DNA from: Microcoleaceae cyanobacterium
Lineage (GTDB): Bacteria; Cyanobacteriota; Cyanobacteriia; Cyanobacteriales; Microcoleaceae
Length of the DNA stretch: 64,000 nt
Direction of reading: 5' to 3'
Assembly: GCA_051652765.1 (NCBI GenBank)
Contig: JBOFUV010000115.1
Coordinates: forward strand, 1 to 64,000
In this document: positions 11,101 to 19,936 of the stretch, piece after piece
Position numbering within the stretch: position 1 is the first letter of the stretch
Layout: each line of letters starts with the position of its first letter
Made by a program: the position numbers and the translations under genes
The notes under the pieces: generated by a model
What the model was told of the DNA's origin: nothing
Seen by the model: the letters and a program-made list of their open reading frames with translations, nothing else
Databases searched by the model: none

Positions 11101-11890
11101 GGGCCAAGACTTAATCTTCGGCAACAATGGCAATGATACGATTAATGCTCTCGCCGGGAATGATACGGTCGAGGGGGGTCGTGGTGGTGATAGCATTCGA
11201 GGCGGTGCTGGAGATGACGTTCTCGCTGCCGATCAAGTGAACCGTTTTGATGACCTAGATGGCACAACGAGTGTGATCTTGGGAGACGATGGCAATGACC
11301 TGTTGATTGGAGGCAGTAAAGCTGACTCTCTCCGGGGCGGTAACAATGACGATACTCTCCTCGGCAAAGGGGGTAACGATCAGATGTTTGGAGAAGGTGG
11401 CAACGACTTGCTTAATGGAGACATTGGCAACGATACCCTGAATGGTGGCGGAGGCACCGACACCGCTGACTATTCTGACCTGATCTTCAACGCTACTTCA
11501 GGGATTGTGGGTCTGGATATTAATCTCAGAACCCGTGTTGCCCTACACTCGAGCCCCGACAATGCTCTCACCTGGACAGATACGGTGAAGGATGTTGAGA
11601 CTGTGATTGGGACGAATCTAACCGATCGCTTTGTTGGCAATGGTGGCAACAACCGGATCGAGGGGGGAGCCGAAAGCGCCAGTGTGGTCACATTGACCGA
11701 TTCCAAGGGGAATAGCTATACCGTGACTGGCGATGTGGTGGAATATAGCAATCCCCGCAGTCGGTTCACAGTCGGGGGAACCGTTGATAACTTAACCCTA
11801 ACTCGCACCGGAGATGGAACCGATACCCTCCTAGACATTGAATTTGTCAAGTTCAGTGATGGGGTGTTTGCCGCGTCTGAATTATTCTAA
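8189..11890 (+). CDS. Large extracellular nuclease (ExeM/NucH-like EEP domain) with Calx-beta-like, Ig/cadherin-like and RTX Ca-binding repeats
   Basis: EEP motifs FNVENL, LQEVQD, NHFSSK, GDLN, LDHI, SDHDP; OB-like 'QGIVTA...GFYIQD'; C-terminal GGxGxD nonapeptides; no N-terminal signal peptide. Confidence 0.85.
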   Translation: MATILTYTSASGISLAPSTQGVGVTGLDLTRGSGIISATGSTFNSSGWNDSVDLPGAIANNDFLQWGFNSTTAYDLSDLDIRYDRSGTGPNQVNIQISVNGGAFQSFFSDSSVSDVGENNPDLNLSGFTNVTAATFRLYGFGATAAAGTFDIENALDFGNTGIVLSGTESGGGGTVPTVSIAATDAEAAEAGQNPGTFTISRTGETTNALTVNYAVGGVATNGTDYTPTLSNTVSIPAGESAVAITVTPVDDNDVEPTETAILTLTDTADYNLGTASATVNIADNDTIVTLTPIYEIQGDGDDFSSPVYASPQLGNQVTTQGIVTAIDSNGFYIQDPDGDSNNDTSDGIFVFTNSAPTVTLGSAVQVKGTVAEFFQATQIASITQITPISNPFTNSSVAPIVLGTDRVPPTEIVDDAGSNDYDVTRDGRDFWESLEGMLVTLPDAVAVGLTNQFDEFYAIANQGTGSTGANPRGGITVRDDNSPNNPIGADLNPERIQIDEDLVTSNNPDVNVGDLLGDITGIIDFNFDDYSIVPLSPVSATSGGLTRETTTLTGDGDRLTVAGFNVENLDPSDGSRFDAIASQIVNNLQAPDVIGLQEVQDNDGASNTNVTAANVTLQQLVDQIVAAGGPTYEFIDNPFIGDDTNGGEPGGNIRTAFLYNPTRVEVVAGSIQTVTDPTDQQTNPNNPFFGSRLPLVATFTFNDQAVTLINNHFSSKGGSDPLFGNSQPPVNGSLDEREDQATAVNGFVGGLLNTDSGANIITLGDLNEFQFFSPLETLEQNLTNLTETLPENERYTFNFEGNSQALDHILVSSSLTADAEYDIVHINSEFDNQVSDHDPPVARFTLVRPNAAPIAVADTFTTDEDTTFVTGNVLNNDSDPDGDSLNIVSIDTTGTLGTVTDNGDGTFTYNPNGQFEALNDGQTATDSFSYTINDGNGGTDTATVTVTIDGVSDAVVISGTRNNDNLQGTSGQDLIFGNNGNDTINALAGNDTVEGGRGGDSIRGGAGDDVLAADQVNRFDDLDGTTSVILGDDGNDLLIGGSKADSLRGGNNDDTLLGKGGNDQMFGEGGNDLLNGDIGNDTLNGGGGTDTADYSDLIFNATSGIVGLDINLRTRVALHSSPDNALTWTDTVKDVETVIGTNLTDRFVGNGGNNRIEGGAESASVVTLTDSKGNSYTVTGDVVEYSNPRSRFTVGGTVDNLTLTRTGDGTDTLLDIEFVKFSDGVFAASELF

Positions 11891-11911
11891 GTAACTCAGA
11901 TTCAATCTAAG

Positions 11912-11944
11912 AAAAGTCTTTCAGCTAGCTGAAAGACTTTTTTT
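11912..11944. terminator. Rho-independent terminator, probably bidirectional
   Basis: Perfect palindrome AAAAGTCTTTCAGCTAGCTGAAAGACTTTT plus T-tract between convergent genes. Confidence 0.85.
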
Positions 11945-12041
11945 GTTGCTAATTGTTATTGCTAAGTTTGTTGCTAATTATAGGGATAACTCATGAAGGA
12001 CTTGGTACGTTCCAGAACCTTAGATCATGAAATTAAGCATA

Positions 12042-12734
12042 CTAGGATTTTCCCTTGAATTCATCTCCGTTCAGCAGATTACAACAGGCTTCTACGGACG
12101 TTCGCTGGGCCATAGCTGTTACTAGGGCATCATATTTGGGTCGATGGTTTTCAATTAACGAGCGGGCCTGAAGGATTGCCCACCGTTCTTTAGTCTCTGC
12201 TTCTGACAAAGGACGCTTGAGTTGAGTCCAGACCGACCGAATTTTCTGCCGGTCTTCAAATCCGCCCTCTGCTTTGTCATACACCAATTTTTCTGCAGCA
12301 ATTCCTGCCATCCAAACTTTGCAATATTGATCCAGTAGTTGGGAAGATAGCTCTCCGCGTTGCAATTGACCTAAGACGGTCTGATCATTAAATCGCACTC
12401 CTCCTTGAGCTTTTTGCCCCTGACGAAAGGCTTCCCAAGCATTCAACGCATAGCCCTCAATTGGAATATTCAACAAGTGGGCAATCAGAAAATGTCCGGC
12501 TTCATGGTGCAAAATCCGGTCTTGCTTGGCTGTGGACGAACCGACTAACCAATCGCTGAGAATCGCTGTTCCCTGTCCTTCTAACGCAAAATTGTCCAAG
12601 GTCGCCAGAGCCATCAGACCAAACACCATGCCCGCTGGAACAAACGGTGAAATTCCAACTGAGGGGCCAACTAGGGCAGATAGAGTCAGCAGGAAGATAG
12701 TGACTGCGATTAGATTGAGGGAGGTGTCTTTCAT
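12042..12734 (-). CDS. Membrane-anchored Zn-metalloprotease (peptidase M41-like domain, no AAA module)
   Basis: HHEAGH zinc motif, 'MAGIAAE' and two N-terminal TM segments. Confidence 0.8.
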   Translation of the reverse strand: MKDTSLNLIAVTIFLLTLSALVGPSVGISPFVPAGMVFGLMALATLDNFALEGQGTAILSDWLVGSSTAKQDRILHHEAGHFLIAHLLNIPIEGYALNAWEAFRQGQKAQGGVRFNDQTVLGQLQRGELSSQLLDQYCKVWMAGIAAEKLVYDKAEGGFEDRQKIRSVWTQLKRPLSEAETKERWAILQARSLIENHRPKYDALVTAMAQRTSVEACCNLLNGDEFKGKS

Positions 12735-12756
12735 CGCCAGTTGAATCGCTTAAATA

Positions 12757-13737
12757 TTAAGGTTGTACAGGGATCTTAGGGTTTTCTGGTGTTTCTGAGG
12801 GTGCTTCCGTTTCATTCAAGGATGACGCTGAAGGCTCACTCTTCTGAACCTGCTTAACGCCTGATTTGGCTTTATAAAACGTTTCTAAACTGTCGCGATC
12901 GCCGACATAGCGCCAGTGCCAGGGTTCGTAGCTGACTCCTTGAGGGTTATCCCGAGGAAAGGACAGTTCAAAGCTGTGAAAGGCTGCATGTTCTTGCAGC
13001 CACTTAAAAGCTTTTGTTTGTTCAAAGCTTTCACTCACATGGGTACTGGCAGCATCCCCATCGCCAATATCGATGGCATAACCCGTGTGGTGTTCGCTAT
13101 AGCCGGGAGGAGCACTGACCTCAGCCCGCTTTGCAACATTCTGCCCGCGTTGCTCTTTAACCTTGAAAAATAGATATTCCTGCTCGGCTTGAGTCCGAAA
13201 TCCAGAGAGAGGCACTAAAGTCACACCATTCCTCCGAGCGGCCTCTGCCATCTCAAGATAAGCTGAGGCTGCAGTTTTATGGAGTTTGATGCTGCTGTCA
13301 GCCGTGAGACTTTCTAGGCTTTCGGATGTCACTTCTTCGTAGGGCAAATGACCCAGTAAATCCTCTTCTGTTGGACTTGGAGAAGCAGTTGCCTTTGGGG
13401 AGGGAGTTCCTGAGACTGGAACAGTTGGTAAGGCCCCAGGGCTTGGAGATGCAGGGGCAGCAGTAACTCCTCGGGTTGTGTCCATCACCTTTGACCAGAG
13501 TTGTTCAGTAAACACCCCGTATTGATAGTTCAGCCATAGACTCAAGCAGAAGGTCAGAAGCCCTAATCCTAAGAGCTTCCAAAATAACCGTTTGCCTTTG
13601 GGACGAGGCGAAACGGCTAGCGGAACGGCAACATCTCGCTGTGCCTCTGGAATATCATCTAGGGCTGCTTCTAGGCTGCTCTTAGCTTGTTCAGGCAAAC
13701 TTGGATTATTCAGACTTGTGTTACTCAAAAGCCTCAC
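12757..13737 (-). CDS. D-alanyl-D-alanine carboxypeptidase (M15B / VanY-like)
   Basis: Motifs SGFR, APPGYSEHHTGYAID and YEPWHWRYVG; TM anchor. Confidence 0.9.
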   Translation of the reverse strand: MRLLSNTSLNNPSLPEQAKSSLEAALDDIPEAQRDVAVPLAVSPRPKGKRLFWKLLGLGLLTFCLSLWLNYQYGVFTEQLWSKVMDTTRGVTAAPASPSPGALPTVPVSGTPSPKATASPSPTEEDLLGHLPYEEVTSESLESLTADSSIKLHKTAASAYLEMAEAARRNGVTLVPLSGFRTQAEQEYLFFKVKEQRGQNVAKRAEVSAPPGYSEHHTGYAIDIGDGDAASTHVSESFEQTKAFKWLQEHAAFHSFELSFPRDNPQGVSYEPWHWRYVGDRDSLETFYKAKSGVKQVQKSEPSASSLNETEAPSETPENPKIPVQP

Positions 13738-13800
13738 TCCCGCACATTAGTCAAGTCTCAACAATTATTGATTGTAAACTGAGACCAGCAGATTCATGCC

Positions 13801-14763
13801 ATGGTTGCCATGTCTAGTTCAGTTTCTCCTCTCATTCAGCTTTATCAGTGGCTCATTGGCGGGGTTCTGTGTGGTTGGATCTTAGGTCGGCTCCTCCCCC
13901 GAACAGTTCCGGCTGACCTTGGTCAATTCCTATTTTGGGTTGGCGTTCCGGTTGGTGTTGTGATCTTCATGCGTCAGGCAGATCTGTCTGGAAATATTTG
14001 GTTGGCTCCTCTTGTGGCTTGGATCGCGATTAGTTCAGGGGCTGGACTGGCTTGGATCTGGATTCAACACAGGATTTCCGGGCCAGTTGCTGCCACATCC
14101 CCGCCAACATTCCTGCGGAGTCAACCCACCCAAGGCAGCTTTCTCTTGGCCTCAATGGTGGGGAATACAGGCTACATTGGTTATCCTGTTGTGTTGGCCC
14201 TAGTTGGCTCCCAATACTTCGGTTGGGCAGTGTTTTATGATGGCCTTGGTTCAACCATTGGGGCCTATGGATTTGGGGTTGCTTTAGCTGCTCGATTTGG
14301 CCAGGGAACTCAAAACCCCTGGGAACTCTTTGGGGTCACGTTGAGAAATCCAACCTTTTGGAGTTTATGGTTTGGGTTGAGCCTGCGGAGTGTTTCTTTT
14401 CCCAATGGTGTTGAACAAGGACTCGATCTTGTAGGCTGGAGCGTGATTGGATTATCCCTGGTGCTCATGGGGATGCGCTTGAGCCAGTTATCCTCCCTAC
14501 GTTATCTTAAACCGGCTGCTGTTAGCATTTTGATCAAAATGCTAATTGTACCCCTAGTCTTGGGAACAGGTCTGGCTCTAATGGGATTGCGAGGTGAGCC
14601 ATTGTTAGTTCTTGTCTTGCAAATGGCAACACCTCCGGCCTTTGCAACTTTGGTTCTGGCAGAAACCTTTAACCTGGATCGGGAATTTACGGTGACAGCC
14701 CTGGCCCTAGGTTCTGTTGGGCTACTGCTAACTCTCCCAGTCTGGTTGTTTCTGTTTGGATAG
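13801..14763 (+). CDS. AEC (auxin efflux carrier) family transporter
   Basis: About 10 TM segments; motifs 'GNTGYIGYP' and 'QMATPPAF'. Confidence 0.85.
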   Translation: MVAMSSSVSPLIQLYQWLIGGVLCGWILGRLLPRTVPADLGQFLFWVGVPVGVVIFMRQADLSGNIWLAPLVAWIAISSGAGLAWIWIQHRISGPVAATSPPTFLRSQPTQGSFLLASMVGNTGYIGYPVVLALVGSQYFGWAVFYDGLGSTIGAYGFGVALAARFGQGTQNPWELFGVTLRNPTFWSLWFGLSLRSVSFPNGVEQGLDLVGWSVIGLSLVLMGMRLSQLSSLRYLKPAAVSILIKMLIVPLVLGTGLALMGLRGEPLLVLVLQMATPPAFATLVLAETFNLDREFTVTALALGSVGLLLTLPVWLFLFG

Positions 14764-14840
14764 TCTGTACCGCGTAATTTGATCCCCACTTGGTTTTTAC
14801 ATGCGACAACTGTAGTTTTGTAAAAGATTTGACAAGAAAA

Positions 14841-14868
14841 TTAACAATCTGTTACAATTCTTAACATG
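14841..14868 (+). promoter_or_regulatory. HLR1-like (RpaB-binding) direct repeat upstream of the hli gene
   Basis: TTAACAAT-ct-GTTACAAT-tc-TTAACATG: octamers resembling (G/T)TTACA(T/A)(T/A) spaced by 2 nt, 23 bp before a high-light-inducible gene. Confidence 0.7.
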
Positions 14869-14891
14869 AAAGATTTACAGGAGTAGAAGTT

Positions 14892-15107
14892 ATGGATACA
14901 ACTCGCGGCTACACGACTGAAGAGGGTGGACGTTTGAACAATTTTGCAGTCGAACCTCAAATGTATGTAGAAGAAACGTCTGGTGTAGGCTTTACCCCCT
15001 TCGCTGAGAAGCTAAACGGACGACTGGCGATGATTGGTTTTGTTTCCTTACTGGTTTTAGAAGCTTCTACAGGTCAAGGTTTGTTGGGTTGGCTCACCAG
15101 TTTGTAA
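14892..15107 (+). CDS. hliA: High-light-inducible protein (HliA/HliB type)
   Basis: Chlorophyll-binding motif [13 protein letters not shown], plus N-terminal [16 protein letters not shown] shared by HliA/B and Psb34; hliA versus hliB cannot be resolved from the sequence. Confidence 0.8.
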   Translation: MDTTRGYTTEEGGRLNNFAVEPQMYVEETSGVGFTPFAEKLNGRLAMIGFVSLLVLEASTGQGLLGWLTSL

Positions 15108-15237
15108 TCTAGCTTTCAGTTTAAGCACACTGTTGTTCACTCTTGCTGCTCTAGGAGATACCCCCCTAGGGCATTGTCTAATTCTTCAAAAGTTTGTTAC
15201 CTAGAAGGGTGAATGATAATTATTTAGGCAGTTTGTA

Positions 15238-16134
15238 ATGAAGAAGCAGTATTTTGCTCTCAGTGGCATCGCTCTTATGGCTTCCCTGAGCATCCTGAGT
15301 TGTGCTCAGACCTCTCAGACTGAGACTTCTACGACTGAAGCCAGTCCAACAGTTGCAGTTGATACGGCTTCACCTGAGCCAGATCAAACCGCATTGGCTA
15401 CGGGTGGAACAGGAACGATGCAGTTTCGAGCGAATGGAGAGGATTTTGTTCGGCAGGGATTTGTTTCTAAGGATGGTTGGCAGATTAACTTTGACAATAT
15501 TTATCTTCACATTACAGATGCCAAAGCCTACGAGACGTTTACGCCCTATGACCCTCGGGCAGGGGGAGAGCCTCAGTTTAAACAAGAGATCAGCTTAGTG
15601 ACCGAGAAAACGGTTGACTTAGCTGAGGGTGATGACAGTGCTGAAACTATTTTGATCAATGAAGTCGCTGTTCCCCCTGGAAGATACGGCGCTGTATCTT
15701 GGAAAATGACTAAGGCACCAGACGGCCCTGCTAGCGGTCAAGTCATGGTGATGCGGGGAACTGCAACTAAGGATGGAACGACCATTCCGTTCACGTTAAA
15801 GGTTGATCAGGAACTTGAGTTTACCTGCGGTGACTATGTTGGAGATGACCGTAAAGGCATTCTTGAACCCGGAAGCAAAGCGGATTTGGAAGCAACATTT
15901 CACTTTGATCATCTGTTTGGAGATGGAAAAGCTGCTCCTGAGGAAGACATTAACACCGGTGCTCTGGGGTTTGAGCCCATTGCTGCGATCGCTCAAAATG
16001 GTCAAGTTGATGCGGATTTGGCAACTTTGAAAACTCAACTTTCAGCCGCAGAGTATGACAAGTTTATTCAGATCTTGCCGAGCTTGGGTCACGTTGGCGA
16101 AGGGCACTGCAAAGAGTCCAAAGTCAGCAGCTAG
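15238..16134 (+). CDS. Putative metal-binding lipoprotein (DUF4382-like) at the head of the Co/Ni ECF operon
   Basis: Lipobox ILSC; motifs ANGEDFVRQGF, TFHFDHLFGD and C-terminal GHVGEGHC. Confidence 0.7.
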   Translation: MKKQYFALSGIALMASLSILSCAQTSQTETSTTEASPTVAVDTASPEPDQTALATGGTGTMQFRANGEDFVRQGFVSKDGWQINFDNIYLHITDAKAYETFTPYDPRAGGEPQFKQEISLVTEKTVDLAEGDDSAETILINEVAVPPGRYGAVSWKMTKAPDGPASGQVMVMRGTATKDGTTIPFTLKVDQELEFTCGDYVGDDRKGILEPGSKADLEATFHFDHLFGDGKAAPEEDINTGALGFEPIAAIAQNGQVDADLATLKTQLSAAEYDKFIQILPSLGHVGEGHCKESKVSS

Positions 16135-16185
16135 GTCAGAACTGTTGAGATGATTTTTAAGAAACCGTCAGTAGAGAGGGCGACT

Positions 16186-16728
16186 ATGAAGGTGAATATA
16201 GGATGGCAACTCATGACTTCACTGCTTTCATTACCAGGAATTTTGTTATTCTTTGGGGGAGCGGAGCAGGCGATCGCCCATGGTGTAAAACTAACCCACC
16301 AAACGACTTCCGCAGTTGAGATTAAAGCGGCCTATGATTCGGGTAGCCCCATGGTAAATGCCCAAGTAAATGTTTATACACCAGATGACCCTGTTAATCC
16401 TTGGAAGGTCGGTGTAACTGATGCCCAAGGTGTGTTTATCTTTGCCCCAGACGTGGAAAAGACAGGGTACTGGGAGGTTCAGGTTCGGCAGGCAGGGCAT
16501 GGGGGTGTTGTAAGTGTTCCGGTTCAAGTGAACTCTAGAACTCAGTTCACTACACCTTTGCCGGGGGAAAGTTCTTCTCAGTCAAGTACCACAGGAGGGT
16601 ATAGTCCTTTGCAAAAAGGTGTGATGATCGGGTCAGTGATTTGGGGACTCGTTGGCACGGCTTTATTTTTCAATCGGTTGCAGCATACTCCTCAACAGGT
16701 CAGTTCCCGCTCTGAGCTTGAGCGTTAG
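16186..16728 (+). CDS. CbiL/NikL-like accessory component (signal peptide, beta-sandwich, C-terminal TM)
   Basis: AIA-HG signal cleavage would expose a His; motifs 'G.TD..G.F.F.PD' and 'AGHG'; C-terminal TM; lies directly before cbiM. Confidence 0.7.
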   Translation: MKVNIGWQLMTSLLSLPGILLFFGGAEQAIAHGVKLTHQTTSAVEIKAAYDSGSPMVNAQVNVYTPDDPVNPWKVGVTDAQGVFIFAPDVEKTGYWEVQVRQAGHGGVVSVPVQVNSRTQFTTPLPGESSSQSSTTGGYSPLQKGVMIGSVIWGLVGTALFFNRLQHTPQQVSSRSELER

Positions 16729-16775
16729 TTTTCAGGGTCAGTTTTTACAGTCTGTTTTCATTCATATTTGCTTTT

Positions 16776-17450
16776 ATGCATATTTCTGAAGGGCTGCTCC
16801 CAGCCAAAATTTGTATTAGTGGGTATGGCGTTATGGGTCTAGTCACCTGGTATTCACTCCGCCAAATCAATCGGTTGAGTCATCCTACTGAGGGTATTCC
16901 CAAGGCGGCCCTGCTCACAGCCGCATTTTTTGTCGCTTCGAGCCTGCGGATTCCGATTCCTCCGGCCAGTGTCCACTTGGTGCTGAATGGGTTGTTAGGG
17001 GCTGTGTTGGACATTTATGCGTTTCCGGCAATCTTAGTCGGCTTGGTGTTTCAGGCAATTATGTTTGGTCATGGTGGATTTTCAACCCTGGGAATTAATG
17101 CTGTGATCATGGGGGTTCCTGCTTTGGTTGCTGCCCAGATTTTCCAACTCCGCTACAGCCTAGGACGGCGTTTGCATGAAACATTGAGCTTGAATTTATT
17201 TGGCTTTCTGGCAGGAGCAACAGGAGTTGGGCTATCTTGTCTGTTGTTTTTTGGGCTGACGATTCCGAATATTCCCTCTGGGTTTGATGTTGCCACTGAG
17301 CAGGTTGCGATTCAAGGGTTGCTCCTAGCTCATATTCCGTTGATGCTGGTTGAAGGAGTGTTCACTGCTATGGTCGTTAGCTTTTTGCATCGAGTCAAAC
17401 CAGAACTGTTAATGTCTTATCCCTCACCTTATGAAGCTGGCAATCGATGA
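16776..17450 (+). CDS. cbiM: Cobalt/nickel ECF transporter S component CbiM/NikM
   Basis: N-terminus MHISEG; motifs 'SVHLVLNGL', 'QAIMFGHGG' and 'VEGVFT'. Confidence 0.9.
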   Translation: MHISEGLLPAKICISGYGVMGLVTWYSLRQINRLSHPTEGIPKAALLTAAFFVASSLRIPIPPASVHLVLNGLLGAVLDIYAFPAILVGLVFQAIMFGHGGFSTLGINAVIMGVPALVAAQIFQLRYSLGRRLHETLSLNLFGFLAGATGVGLSCLLFFGLTIPNIPSGFDVATEQVAIQGLLLAHIPLMLVEGVFTAMVVSFLHRVKPELLMSYPSPYEAGNR

Positions 17451-18201
17451 GTACGCCCATTTAAACTCTCCCATCCATTGTTGGGATGCGCGATACAAAT
17501 TGATTGGATTATTGGCACTCATCTTAGCTTTCGCTTTTGTCGAAGATCTACGACTGGTTCCTGCTATGTTGTTGGTTGTTGTAGGACTGTATATCCTCTC
17601 AAACTTGCCGTTATCATTCTTAGCCACTCGACTCCAATATCCAGGAATCTTTATTTTGGCAATGGTAGGACTGTTGCCTTTTTTTTCGGGAGAAACTATT
17701 CTTTGGCAGATAGGTTTCTTAACGATTCGACAGGAAGGCTGTTTAGCAATGCTTTTGATCGTTGGTCGATTTCTGGCGATTTTTACGACGGGGTTAGTGC
17801 TGTGTGGAACGGGTTCTTTTGTGACTTTAGTGAAGGCGATGCGTTCCTTGGGTTTGTCCCAGGTCTTGACTGATATCACCCTGCTCTCTTATCGCTATCT
17901 GTTTGAGCTGTCTGACCAATTCATGATGATGCAGCGGGCAACCCAATTGCGGGGATTTCGGCCCCTGAAACTCAGCCGACGAACTCTGGAAATTTATGCA
18001 GCCTTGGCTGGAAGTCTGGTCGTCCGCAGCTATCATCAGTCCCAAGAAGTTTACAAGGCGATGCAACTGCGGGGCTATGGCAGCTCTGAAGGTTTCATCC
18101 CTACCAGAAACCGCGTTAACCTAGATGTTTATAGCGCGATCGCCCTTTCAATAGCACTCATTATCTCAATGGGGTTTATTGGATTTGAGGTGTTTGCTTG
18201 A
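17431..18201 (+). CDS. cbiQ: Cobalt/nickel ECF transporter T component
   Basis: Motifs 'SPIHCWDARYKL', 'YRYLF', 'QLRGF' and 'AMQLRGY'; overlaps the cbiM stop. Confidence 0.9.
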   Translation: MKLAIDEYAHLNSPIHCWDARYKLIGLLALILAFAFVEDLRLVPAMLLVVVGLYILSNLPLSFLATRLQYPGIFILAMVGLLPFFSGETILWQIGFLTIRQEGCLAMLLIVGRFLAIFTTGLVLCGTGSFVTLVKAMRSLGLSQVLTDITLLSYRYLFELSDQFMMMQRATQLRGFRPLKLSRRTLEIYAALAGSLVVRSYHQSQEVYKAMQLRGYGSSEGFIPTRNRVNLDVYSAIALSIALIISMGFIGFEVFA

Positions 18202-18295
18202 GAGGGTGCAGTTCGGTAGTTTTAATTTAGTAGCTTTAATTCAGTGGTTTTAATTGAGTGGTTTTAATTCAAAATATAGTCAACTCTAGGTTCCT

Positions 18296-19069
18296 ATGCT
18301 GAATGTGTCTTCCCCTGATTCATCCCTCGTTGCCCAGCTTTCCCCTTCAACACCAGCCGGAATTCAGGTGTCCAACTTGACTTTCAGCTACCCCAACCAA
18401 GCCCCTGTGCTCAACAATATTTCTTTCACTTTTCAGATCGGAGAACGAATTGCCTTATTAGGACGGACGGGCACTGGAAAAAGCACCCTAATCGAAACTC
18501 TTGTGGGACTCAAACACCCCACTTCAGGTCAAGTCCAAATTTTAGGAACTATTCTAGAACCTGATACCCTGTTCCAGATTCGGCAGCAGATTGGCTTTGC
18601 CTTTCAAGATCCAAACGACCAACTCTTCATGCCCACCATTTTAGAAGATGTGATTTTTGGCCCCTGCAACTACGGGGTTCCTGAGGACGTGGCTACAGCG
18701 CAAGCCCATCACTTGTTAACAGAGTTTGACTTGGCTGAAGTTGCCCATCGTCCCGTCCATGAACTGTCTGGGGGACAAAAACGGCTAGCGGCCTTGGCAA
18801 CGATCCTGATCCTGAACCCAGCGGTGTTGATCCTAGATGAACCCACCAATGGTCTTGATCCGTGGTGGCGACGGCACTTGGCAGAAGTCTTAGCCCAACT
18901 TCCGATTCAAGTTTTGCTGATTGCCTCCCATGATTTACACTGGGTGAATCAGGTGACTCAACGGGCATTGGTGCTTAAACAAGGACAGATCGAGGTAGAT
19001 CGGTCAACGGCAGATCTTTTGCAGGATCGATTGACTTTAGAGAATTGTGGTTTACCCTTAGATTACTAG
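18296..19069 (+). CDS. cbiO: ECF transporter ATPase
   Basis: GRTGTGKST, FQDPNDQLF, LSGGQKR, LDEPT. Confidence 0.9.
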   Translation: MLNVSSPDSSLVAQLSPSTPAGIQVSNLTFSYPNQAPVLNNISFTFQIGERIALLGRTGTGKSTLIETLVGLKHPTSGQVQILGTILEPDTLFQIRQQIGFAFQDPNDQLFMPTILEDVIFGPCNYGVPEDVATAQAHHLLTEFDLAEVAHRPVHELSGGQKRLAALATILILNPAVLILDEPTNGLDPWWRRHLAEVLAQLPIQVLLIASHDLHWVNQVTQRALVLKQGQIEVDRSTADLLQDRLTLENCGLPLDY

Positions 19070-19090
19070 TGGTTGGCCTAGAGCAATTTT

Positions 19091-19178
19091 CTAGGTTGGG
19101 TTCATGCCCAGAGACCCAACAAACCGTTGAGGGGGCTAGTTTAAGAATATTAGGTCTCCCAGCTCAAAACTAACCTAC
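19091..19178. repeat. Degenerate REP/REPIN-like inverted doublet
   Basis: (C)TAGGTTGGGTT...GAGACCCAACA at the left and TATTAGGTCTC...AACTAACCTAC at the right are mutually complementary arms, resembling cyanobacterial GTAGGTTGGGTT...AACCCAACCTAC repeats. Confidence 0.55.
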
Positions 19179-19284
19179 GCAACCCACATCAAGATTGAGA
19201 AACCACCAGATTGAAGCCGTTGCTGTTTTACAATGAGAAGCAACCAAGAGAAGCAACAAGAATTAATCTAGAGTGATCTTACCC

Positions 19285-19617
19285 ATGTTACTCAAGTCAA
19301 CAACTCGTCATATCCATATTTTTACAGCCGAAGTTCAGGACAGCGAACTCGTCTCGAACGATCAAGTCCTGACTCTGGATATTGATCCAGATAATGAATT
19401 TAATTGGTCAGAGTCGGCTCTCAACCAGGTTTACCGCAAATTTGATGAATTGGTTGAAGCCTCCAACGGTGAGGACTTGACCGAGTATAATATGCGACGT
19501 ATCGGATCGGATTTAGAGCATCTAGTGCGATCGCTTCTCCAATCGGGTCAAATTAGCTACAATCTTGAAAGTCGAGTCCTAAACTACAGCATGGGATTAC
19601 CTCGATTAGACCGTTAG
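19285..19617 (+). CDS. ndhM: NDH-1 subunit M
   Basis: [13 protein letters not shown]...[11 protein letters not shown]...RRIGSDLEH...NYSMGLPR. Confidence 0.95.
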   Translation: MLLKSTTRHIHIFTAEVQDSELVSNDQVLTLDIDPDNEFNWSESALNQVYRKFDELVEASNGEDLTEYNMRRIGSDLEHLVRSLLQSGQISYNLESRVLNYSMGLPRLDR

Positions 19618-19936
19618 TAGAAATAGAGCTGGGGTGGGCTCAATTGAGCAAAAGAGATTCTTTAATTCTTCTGCCCCTATATCTCTGCTGATGTTCATTC
19701 TAGCTATTCACCCGATCCGCTGTGTGGGATTTGGAGAGAGAAACACTACAATAGCTTGAAAGTTTTGATATCTTTGGACTGGTATAAAAATTTTTCGTAA
19801 AACCCTTTGATCTCCAAAACCTGGTTCATGTTGGGCAGTGTTGCCAGAAATTTATGGAAAAGTTGAGGTAGATGCTAGATAGTCAGTTTAGTTTTACAGT
19901 CCAAAGTTAGGCAAGTGAGGGACTCAGAGAACCTCT

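Noticed and set aside
3461..11890. The efflux operon as the dedicated type I exporter of the divergent RTX nuclease
   Set aside because: The permease and ATPase are MacB/FtsX type rather than HlyB type; adjacency alone is insufficient.
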